Part shown: positions 19,114 through 25,871 of the stretch, piece by piece | Layout: every line of letters starts with the position of its first letter | Position numbering within the stretch: position 1 is the first letter of the stretch | NCBI GenBank assembly: GCA_017411435.1 | Contig: JAFQQD010000027.1 | Span: forward strand, 2,926 to 66,925 | Direction: 5' to 3' | DNA length: 64,000 nt | Origin: Clostridia bacterium | GTDB lineage: Bacteria; Bacillota; Clostridia; UMGS1883 | Notes under the pieces: model-generated | Told to the model about the DNA's origin: nothing | What the model saw: only the letters and a program-made list of their open reading frames with translations | The model's database searches: none | Made by a program: the position numbers and the translations under genes

Positions 19114-19374
19114 ATGACTGTTAGAACATTGAAAAAACATTATAAAAAGAACTTCCCAGAAGGACACTTTTTTGATAAAGAAACATTAGAATATTGGGGA
19201 GAGAGTATAAATGCTATGTCAATATCAAAAAACTTGGTTGATTTTAAAGGTCATAAGTGCTATGAATTAGTTGCTCTTCAAAAAAATGATTATCATAACT
19301 TGAATAGATATGTATGGTTTTATTTTGATTGTGAAACTTTTGCATATATTGATTGTAAGTTTAAAAAAGATTAA
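19114..19374 (+). CDS. Hypothetical protein (cassette 2)
   Basis: 86-aa ORF with GHFFDKETLEYWG; aromatic-rich. Confidence 0.75.
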   Translation: MTVRTLKKHYKKNFPEGHFFDKETLEYWGESINAMSISKNLVDFKGHKCYELVALQKNDYHNLNRYVWFYFDCETFAYIDCKFKKD

Positions 19375-19380
19375 AAGTGA

Positions 19381-19412
19381 AAGGAGAGTGGGGACACTGC
19401 TCCCCACAACAA
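19381..19412 (+). repeat. SD-hairpin leader 2
   Basis: AAGGAGA-GTGGGGA-cactgc-TCCCCAC-AACAA. Confidence 0.9.
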
Positions 19413-19419
19413 TTTTATT

Positions 19420-20205
19420 ATGACAAAGTTTGAAAATTATTTTAACAATAAAGACCTTGATAAGAAAACCATTGAAAAATATCTTAAAATCATAGAAAAC
19501 TTGTGTATAGAGTTTGAAGATATAGGTCTACACCCATATAATTATGTTAATGATATGCTATGTATAGCAGAATATTTTGGTGTGGAATTGTGCTACCCAC
19601 TTATCACAGGAGAGAAAGCAGAAAAAATTGTTTTTGAAAAATTAAAATCAAAAATAGAAAATATGGAATATGATTATAATTATGATAATGATACTGAAAC
19701 ACTTATTGACTGGAAAGAACTCAGTGATTTTGTTTATGATATACATAGAAATAGTGAAGATATATATTACTACTATTACAAAACAGATAGCAATTCAGTT
19801 ATGGGTGTTTCTCAACTGGGGGAAGTAGATATAAATAATATTAGAAAAAATCTTTTAGAAAAAATAATAGAGATTGTAGATAATGAACAAGGGAGAGTGG
19901 GGACACTGCTCCCCACAACAGAAAAAATGAAGTATAAAATGAATATAACAATTACCTATAATGACATTGAAACAACCATTGATTTAGATTGTAATTTTTT
20001 TATCATTAAAGAAAATGACTATGGCAACAAATATCATTTGTCAATTACAAACAAATTGGGTTTTAATGAGTGGGTTGATATTAGATATGACACAACCTTT
20101 GATATCAACAAAAAAGAAAAGTATCTTGTGGACTGGGCATATAATTATTGGACTGGTAAAAATGGTGCTTGGGGAATCAAGAGAATTAAAGTCATAAAAC
20201 TATAA
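19420..20205 (+). CDS. Hypothetical protein; in-frame fusion of cassettes 3 and 4 (internal start at 19927)
   Basis: 261-aa ORF that reads through leader 3 as GRVGTLLPTT; in-frame ATG at 19927. Confidence 0.7.
   Translation: MTKFENYFNNKDLDKKTIEKYLKIIENLCIEFEDIGLHPYNYVNDMLCIAEYFGVELCYPLITGEKAEKIVFEKLKSKIENMEYDYNYDNDTETLIDWKELSDFVYDIHRNSEDIYYYYYKTDSNSVMGVSQLGEVDINNIRKNLLEKIIEIVDNEQGRVGTLLPTTEKMKYKMNITITYNDIETTIDLDCNFFIIKENDYGNKYHLSITNKLGFNEWVDIRYDTTFDINKKEKYLVDWAYNYWTGKNGAWGIKRIKVIKL
19889..19920 (+). repeat. SD-hairpin leader 3 (inside ORF)
   Basis: AAGGGAGA-GTGGGGA-cactgc-TCCCCAC-AACA, essentially identical to leader 2. Confidence 0.9.
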
Positions 20206-20212
20206 ATGTATT

Positions 20213-20239
20213 AACCACCAACTATGGCAGTTGGTGGTT
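20213..20239 (+). terminator. Terminator of the cassette array
   Basis: AACCACCAACT-atggc-AGTTGGTGGTT followed by T-rich sequence. Confidence 0.8.
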
Positions 20240-20266
20240 TTCTTATACTCTGGAAAAGGGTTTAAG

Positions 20267-20413
20267 GGACTGTTTAAAAGATACTTTGAAACAGAACTGG
20301 TAAAAAAATCACAAAACTAAATCTGGACCAGTTCTGTGTTAGATTTAATTTCTGCAAAAAATAACCAGTTTTCAAAATAGGGGTTCAAAGGTCTGTTAGA
20401 TAGATATTTTGAA
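20267..20413 (+). repeat. 147-bp structured direct repeat, copy B
   Basis: Near-identical to 12978-13124. Confidence 0.92.
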
Positions 20414-20489
20414 TTATAAAAAAGGTGTTTATAAAGTTCTCTATAAATAAACAATTACAAAAAATAACATAATAAAGGGAGTGCTACAA

Positions 20490-20894
20490 ATGACACCAAC
20501 ATTAAAAGAACAGAAGAAAGAGTGCTTAACCAGATTGAAACTTTCTGGGTTATGCAATGAAGTTATTACAGACTTCAAAAATGGGCAGTTATACAAGACT
20601 GAACAACTGGGTATATTGTATTATATCAATGACAATGAAAAGGCAGTGGTTAAAGACTTTGAAGAAAAAAATAATGCTATGGTATATCATATATTACATA
20701 GTAATACAGAGTTTGGAGAATTACTTGCTTTACTCTATGTCAGTAAATACAAGGAAGAGTGGCAAACTGACAGAGAAGATTTAAAAGATAATATTGCTTT
20801 GTCTTATGTCTATAATGTTGATTGCCCAGATTTCAGTGAGTTTGGTTCTATTGGTTTTGCCCAGAGATTTGGGGGACTTGTGAGAACTGCATAA
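20490..20894 (+). CDS. Hypothetical protein (LYVSKYKEEW...DREDL...SEFGSIG...GGLVR)
   Basis: 134-aa ORF; ATG at 20490 after AAGGGAG; own terminator at about 20897-20943. Confidence 0.8.
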   Translation: MTPTLKEQKKECLTRLKLSGLCNEVITDFKNGQLYKTEQLGILYYINDNEKAVVKDFEEKNNAMVYHILHSNTEFGELLALLYVSKYKEEWQTDREDLKDNIALSYVYNVDCPDFSEFGSIGFAQRFGGLVRTA

Positions 20895-20973
20895 CCCCAC
20901 CACCACCAACCAATAAAAATTATGGTTGAGTGGTGGTTTTTTTTAACTTTTTTATGTTAATTCTGTGAAATTA

Positions 20974-21002
20974 TTGATTTTCCAACAGATATATGGTATA
21001 AT
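20974..21002 (+). promoter_or_regulatory. Sigma-A promoter of the MTase operon
   Basis: TTGATT, 17 bp, TGgTATAAT. Confidence 0.7.
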
Positions 21003-21039
21003 AAATACTAACTATACTTGCATATAGGAGAAGATAAAA

Positions 21040-22188
21040 ATGGCAGGGACAAAAGATTTACATAATGCAAAAAAAGAGAAAAAAGATGAGTTTTATACTC
21101 AACTTGAAGATATAGAACTTGAACTAAAACATTATAGAAATGACTTTAAAGGCAAGGTTATTTTTTGTAATTGTGATGACCCCTATGAAAGTAATTTCTT
21201 TAAATACTTTGCAATGAACTTTAATACTTTTGGACTTAAAAAGTTAATTGCTACTTGTTATGCTACTTCCCCAGTGGCAAACACACAACTTTCTTTGTTT
21301 GATATTTTAGATATGCCAGAAGAAACAGAAGAAGATAACAGAAAACCACATAAAATAGAGATTACAGAAGTTCTGGACTACAATGAAGATGGAGCAGTAG
21401 ATTTAGCAGATGTTGAGTTTCTTTTAAGAAGTAAAAAAAACACTCTTACACTTCTTAATGGAGATGGAGATTTTAGAAGTGAAGAGTGTATAGAACTTTT
21501 AAAACAAGCAGACATAGTTATAACAAACCCACCATTTTCTTTGTTTAGAGAATATGTTGCTCAACTAATTGAATATGACAAGAAGTTTATTATTATAGGA
21601 AATAAAAATGCTATCACTTATAAAGAAATATTTTCTTTAATACAAGAAGAGAAAATGTGGTTGGGTTATAGAAATATAAATGCAGATATGTGGTTTATAG
21701 TTCCAAAAGACTATGAGTGTGAAAAGGTTGTAAATGGTTTAAGAGTTAAGCATATTATGGGTTGTTGGTTCACAAATCTTGACACAACTAAAAGACACGA
21801 AGATTTATTGCTTTTCAAACCATATACCCCAGAAGAATACCCCAAATATGATAATTATGATGCCATAAATGTTGATAAAGTTAGTGATATTCCTTGTGAT
21901 TATGATGGTGTTATTGGAGTTCCTATAACATTTCTTGATAAATACAACCCTAACCAATTTGAAATACTTGGGTTGTCTCAAAAAGTTGGTATGGGGTTAG
22001 AAAGCAACAAGTTTTATGATGATTACAAGGAAGTAAGACAAGATGGCAGTTTTACTGGTAGTTCTGGCAAAAAAACAAATGGAAACCCAGTAATGAAAGG
22101 AAAACCAGAAAAAGGAAATTACTACACTAATGGAACTGATTTTGTATATTCTCTCTATGGAAGAATATTCATAAGGAAAAAAAGGTGA
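21040..22188 (+). CDS. Adenine-specific DNA methyltransferase, EcoRI family
   Basis: K.DEFYTQL, CNCDDP.ESNF, GDFRS.E, ITNPPFSLFREY and GVPITFLDKYNP.QFEI motifs. Confidence 0.92.
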   Translation: MAGTKDLHNAKKEKKDEFYTQLEDIELELKHYRNDFKGKVIFCNCDDPYESNFFKYFAMNFNTFGLKKLIATCYATSPVANTQLSLFDILDMPEETEEDNRKPHKIEITEVLDYNEDGAVDLADVEFLLRSKKNTLTLLNGDGDFRSEECIELLKQADIVITNPPFSLFREYVAQLIEYDKKFIIIGNKNAITYKEIFSLIQEEKMWLGYRNINADMWFIVPKDYECEKVVNGLRVKHIMGCWFTNLDTTKRHEDLLLFKPYTPEEYPKYDNYDAINVDKVSDIPCDYDGVIGVPITFLDKYNPNQFEILGLSQKVGMGLESNKFYDDYKEVRQDGSFTGSSGKKTNGNPVMKGKPEKGNYYTNGTDFVYSLYGRIFIRKKR

Positions 22189-22192
22189 GTTT

Positions 22193-23302
22193 ATGGAAAT
22201 AAGATTAGAAGAAAAAACAATTAGAGAAATCTATAATGGTTATCTTGATAGTGCAGAAAATGGAGTGGTTGCATTTGGTGGAAAATTAAATGTAAGACCA
22301 CCTTTCCAGAGAGAGTTTGTCTATTCTGGCAAACAGAGAGATGCAGTCATTGATACAATACAAAAAGACTTCCCATTAAATGTTATGTATTGGGTTGAAA
22401 ATGACAATGGTTATTATGAACTTCTTGATGGACAACAAAGAACCATAAGCATTTGTCAATATGTGGGTGGAGAATATTCCATAAACCACAGAGCATTTGG
22501 AAACTTGACTGAAACTGAAAAAGAGCAGATTTTGAATTATAAACTAATGATTTATATTTGTAAAGGTAATGACAAAGAGAAATTAGACTGGTTCAAAATC
22601 ATAAATATTGCAGGAGAAAAACTAACAGACCAAGAGTTGAGAAATGCCATTTATACTGGTGAGTGGTTGTCAAATGCAAAAGCATATTTTTCTAAAAATA
22701 ACTGCCCAGCATATCAAATAGCAAGTAAATATATGAGGGGAACACCCATAAGACAAGACTACCTTGAAACAGTCTTAAAATGGGTTTCTGCAAGAGATAA
22801 TATTGACTTGGAAGATTATATGGCAGAACACCAGAACACCACAAATGCAAGTGAATTATGGTTGTATTTCAACAGTGTTATTACTTGGGTAAAAACTATA
22901 TTCCCTAATTACAGAAAAGAAATGCAAGGCATTGAGTGGGGACTGCTCTATAACAAATATGGTAATGATAAACTTGACCCACAAGAACTTGAAAAAAGAA
23001 TAGTTGAGTTAATGCAAGATGATGACATAACAAAAAGAAGTGGCATATATGAATACTTATTAAGTGGAGAAGAAAAATACTTGAACATAAGAAGTTTCAC
23101 AGACACAATGAAAAGAAAAGTCTATGAGAAACAAAAAGGTATATGCCCACATTGTAAAGCAGAGAAGAAAGAGAAAATACACTGGGAGATTGAAGAAATG
23201 GAAGCAGACCACATTACACCTTGGTGTGAAGGAGGAAAAACAGAAATTGAAAATTGCCAAATGCTCTGCAAAGAACATAACAGAAGAAAATCAAGTAAAT
23301 AA
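22193..23302 (+). CDS. DUF262 (GmrS-like) plus C-terminal HNH endonuclease
   Basis: P.FQR, DGQQRT and F..IN motifs; CPHC...MEADHITPW.EGGKT...NCQMLC..HN.RK. Confidence 0.9.
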   Translation: MEIRLEEKTIREIYNGYLDSAENGVVAFGGKLNVRPPFQREFVYSGKQRDAVIDTIQKDFPLNVMYWVENDNGYYELLDGQQRTISICQYVGGEYSINHRAFGNLTETEKEQILNYKLMIYICKGNDKEKLDWFKIINIAGEKLTDQELRNAIYTGEWLSNAKAYFSKNNCPAYQIASKYMRGTPIRQDYLETVLKWVSARDNIDLEDYMAEHQNTTNASELWLYFNSVITWVKTIFPNYRKEMQGIEWGLLYNKYGNDKLDPQELEKRIVELMQDDDITKRSGIYEYLLSGEEKYLNIRSFTDTMKRKVYEKQKGICPHCKAEKKEKIHWEIEEMEADHITPWCEGGKTEIENCQMLCKEHNRRKSSK

Positions 23303-23312
23303 GGAAGAAAAT

Positions 23313-23939
23313 ATGCCAGATTTTTCAATTAAAGCAATAGTTTTAACAATAATTACAACAATAATTACAACTTTAATAGGAATAATAATTAAGGGTATTT
23401 CAATCAGTAAAATAAAAAAATGGTGGGAAGATACAAGAATATATAAGTATTTTAAAAGGTATCAATTTGTTAATGATATTGAAGACAATCAAAAGACCTT
23501 TAGCACCTTTATAACATTAAGCAAAAGTAATACAGACCAAACAAATACAGAATATCAAAAAGCAATGTTTTCCATACAAGACAAATTACATAAAACAGTA
23601 GTTAAAGAAAAGGAACTTTGGGGGAAAATCAAATCAAGTACAACATCTCCAAAGGAAAGAGAAATATTAAATGAATTATTGTCAATAAATAGTGGTGGTA
23701 ATACTGATAATATTTCAAAAAGTGAATTAAAAACTATTGGAGATAAAAGGTTGAAGTGTTGTAAGCAGTATATTAAAACACTAAAAAAATATCAACAAAC
23801 ACCAATAGAGAATTATCAAGTTGAAAAACTTGACTGCTTGAAAGATTATGTTAATGCAACAAAGTCTTATTATGAATTGTTGTATATCTATTTACCCATT
23901 GACAAAAGAAATATTATAGAAAAATCTTTTAATAAATAA
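23313..23939 (+). CDS. Hypothetical protein with N-terminal transmembrane helix
   Basis: IKAIVLTIITTIITTLIGIII; ATG 10 bp after the HNH gene stop. Confidence 0.7.
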   Translation: MPDFSIKAIVLTIITTIITTLIGIIIKGISISKIKKWWEDTRIYKYFKRYQFVNDIEDNQKTFSTFITLSKSNTDQTNTEYQKAMFSIQDKLHKTVVKEKELWGKIKSSTTSPKEREILNELLSINSGGNTDNISKSELKTIGDKRLKCCKQYIKTLKKYQQTPIENYQVEKLDCLKDYVNATKSYYELLYIYLPIDKRNIIEKSFNK

Positions 23940-23944
23940 AAAGA

Positions 23945-23973
23945 TTGCAATATCAAGCAGTATGTGGTATAAT
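23945..23973 (+). promoter_or_regulatory. Outward-facing sigma-A promoter pointing at attR and ftnA
   Basis: TTGCAA, 17 bp, TGgTATAAT; no credible ORF before attR. Confidence 0.65.
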
Positions 23974-24060
23974 AAAAATACATAATCACAGAATATAAAT
24001 ATACTGTGATAAACAGAAACAGACCTAAAACCTTTGGTTTTATGCCCTTATTCTTTGAAA

Positions 24061-24100
24061 TGGTGGGCACAAGAAAAAGGTGGGCAGTTGGTGGGCAAAA
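24061..24100. repeat. Putative integrase arm-type sites near attR
   Basis: TGGTGGGCA 24061; GTGGGCAGTTGGTGGGCAAAA 24080-24100. Confidence 0.7.
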
Positions 24101-24160
24101 TGAGATTGAAAATCACAGAACCCTTGATTTTACTGGGTTTCTGTGAGTAAGTCCCATTGT

Positions 24161-24211
24161 GAGGCTCGCCACGGGAAAGGCTTGGAAGGTCTTTTGAAGA
24201 GATATTTCTAA
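24161..24211 (+). pseudogene. attR with the displaced original 3' end of rubrerythrin
   Basis: Translates EARHGKGLEGLLKRYF*, versus [17 protein letters not shown] at 11435-11488. Confidence 0.9.
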
Positions 24212-24221
24212 TCAACAATTT

Positions 24222-24252
24222 AACAGGCGACCGCATAATCGGTCGCCTGTTT
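24222..24252 (+). terminator. Host hairpin between the original rbr end and ftnA
   Basis: AACAGGCGACC-gcataatc-GGTCGCCTGTT(TT). Confidence 0.65.
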
Positions 24253-24270
24253 TAGAAAAGGAGAATGTAT

Positions 24271-24786
24271 ATGTTAAATTCAAAAGTGGCACAATTACTT
24301 AACGAGCAGATAACAAAAGAGTTGTACTCAGCATATCTTTATCTTGATTTTTCTGTCTTCTATGAAGCACAGGGTCTTGACGGCTATGCGAACTGGTACA
24401 TGATTCAGGCGCAGGAGGAAAGAGACCACGCTATGCTCTTTATGAAATATCTTCAGATGTGCGGAGAAAAGGTGTCTCTCGGTGCAATAGACAAGCCTGA
24501 TAAAGTACTCAATACTCTTATGGACCCACTAGTGGCAGGTCTTGAACATGAACAGTATGTTACAAGCCTTATTAACGATATCTACGCTGCCGCGTACGAT
24601 GTAAAAGATTTTAGAACAATGCAGTTCCTTGACTGGTTTGTAAAGGAACAGCTTGAAGAAGAAAAGAATGCAGATGATTTAATCAAGAAAATGGAGCTTT
24701 TTGGAGGAGATTCAAAGGGACTTTATTCTCTTGACGCGGAATACGCAGCAAGAATCTATACTGCACCTTCTCTTGTGCTTGACTGA
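24271..24786 (+). CDS. ftnA: Non-heme ferritin
   Basis: ELYSAYLYL, QAQEERDHA, EQYVT..I and FLDWFVKEQLEEE ferroxidase motifs. Confidence 0.95.
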   Translation: MLNSKVAQLLNEQITKELYSAYLYLDFSVFYEAQGLDGYANWYMIQAQEERDHAMLFMKYLQMCGEKVSLGAIDKPDKVLNTLMDPLVAGLEHEQYVTSLINDIYAAAYDVKDFRTMQFLDWFVKEQLEEEKNADDLIKKMELFGGDSKGLYSLDAEYAARIYTAPSLVLD

Positions 24787-24793
24787 TTTTAAT

Positions 24794-24831
24794 AAAAGCA
24801 TGACTGTAGCAAGTTCTGCAGTCATGCTTTT
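24794..24831 (+). terminator. Terminator after ferritin
   Basis: AAAAGCATGACTG...CAGTCATGCTTTT. Confidence 0.8.
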
Positions 24832-24908
24832 ATTTACTTTTCCAAAAGAGTATGATATACTTTTTCAATAATGAACGAATTCTTTATTGAAAGCCGGTGT
24901 GTGGAAAT

Positions 24909-25784
24909 ATGATTAAAAAAAGCGATATTGATAGTGGAATCAAGTTTTTTAATATTGACAACAAATATAAAGAAAAATGCTACGAATGTGCAGATTTTCT
25001 GAACGCTGATTCCAGATTTCTTAAATCATTTCAAGATGTATATGATTTTCTCAATTACGGAAATATTAATAACCTCAAGAAAATATGGGAGATTGAAGAT
25101 ATATCAGATTTGTTTATAAAAGAAATTCCTCCTTTTGCAACAAATCTTATGGTAGTACTCGGATATGAAAAATGTAGAGAAAATATGGATAAAGCGCAAC
25201 TCGACACAAAGATTGCAGACACACATATCAAAAGAATTAAAACGATTTTTGAAAATGATGCTGATATAGCTTTGCATGGAGGTATTTTATTCACACAAAT
25301 GTCCTGGGCATACTACTTTATAAGAATGAGGATTATCGAGGCAGGAAGACTTCAGTACGAAAACTTTGATGGCAAGCTTATAAAGATACATATACCATCA
25401 TCGGTGCCATCAGGTGAAAAGCTTACCGTAGAAGCAGTACGGAAATCATATTTGGAATCGAAGGCATTGACGGAAAATGTTTTCGGATTTTTCGATCCGG
25501 ACTATTTATGTGAATCCTGGCTATTAAGTAAACAGGTTGTGTCAGATTTTGATAAAGAAACGAATCTATATAAGTTTTACAGCCTTTTTGATGTTTCGGA
25601 GGGGGAAGACTGTCTTAAAGATGTTCTGCACTATGTTTTTCCGGGAATGGAGAAAGAAAATTACAAAAATCTTCCGGAAAAAACAACCCTTCAGAAAGTA
25701 GTCAAGGAGAAGCTTATTAACGGAACAACTTTCAAATTGGGAATGGGAAAGCTAATAAAAGAAAAAATAATCAACAATAATTAG
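24909..25784 (+). CDS. Acyltransferase-domain protein (GNAT-like C-terminal domain)
   Basis: GRLQYE, KIHIP and CESWLL...NL.KF..LF motifs. Confidence 0.6.
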   Translation: MIKKSDIDSGIKFFNIDNKYKEKCYECADFLNADSRFLKSFQDVYDFLNYGNINNLKKIWEIEDISDLFIKEIPPFATNLMVVLGYEKCRENMDKAQLDTKIADTHIKRIKTIFENDADIALHGGILFTQMSWAYYFIRMRIIEAGRLQYENFDGKLIKIHIPSSVPSGEKLTVEAVRKSYLESKALTENVFGFFDPDYLCESWLLSKQVVSDFDKETNLYKFYSLFDVSEGEDCLKDVLHYVFPGMEKENYKNLPEKTTLQKVVKEKLINGTTFKLGMGKLIKEKIINNN

Positions 25785-25790
25785 ATTCAC

Positions 25791-25826
25791 CAAAAAACGC
25801 CTCTGCATCAGCAGAGGCGTTTTTTG
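25791..25826. terminator. Bidirectional terminator
   Basis: CAAAAAACGCCTCTGC-atca-GCAGAGGCGTTTTTTG. Confidence 0.88.
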
Positions 25827-25871
25827 TAAGTTATAAGATGTTTGCCTTGATTTATTAATACTCGCAAAGCA

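Larger units (their letters stand above)
11435..24177. mobile_element. ~12.7 kb integrated element (IME/satellite-like genomic island) inserted in the rbr 3' end
   Basis: Flanking GA(A/G)GCTCG(A/C)CACGGGAA repeats; Int, Xis and Xre genes; AT-rich; CG and palindrome depletion switches on and off at the boundaries; no phage structural or T4SS genes. Confidence 0.93.

Noticed and set aside
18601-19920. Hairpin repeats as a CRISPR array
   Set aside because: Intervals are ~300-510 bp and contain whole ORFs; no cas genes; the repeats carry SD sequences
18601-20205. Classical integron with attC sites
   Set aside because: No RYYYAAC/GTTRRRY ends, stems too short, and Int has an arm-binding-type N-terminus rather than IntI features; only an analogy is retained
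23124-23312. N-terminal extension of the 271-aa ORF (also the extensions at 39802, 34850, 5456 and 62943)
   Set aside because: They overlap neighbouring genes or promoters; better SD-linked starts lie downstream
23345-23371. 12-bp tandem repeat AACAATAATTAC x2
   Set aside because: Simply encodes TIIT-TIIT in the TM helix; too short to indicate phase variation
11435-24177. Prophage
   Set aside because: No terminase, portal, capsid, tail or lysis genes
24150-24252. tRNA or tmRNA fragment as the att site
   Set aside because: No tRNA-like 3' end; the sequence translates to the rubrerythrin C-terminus instead
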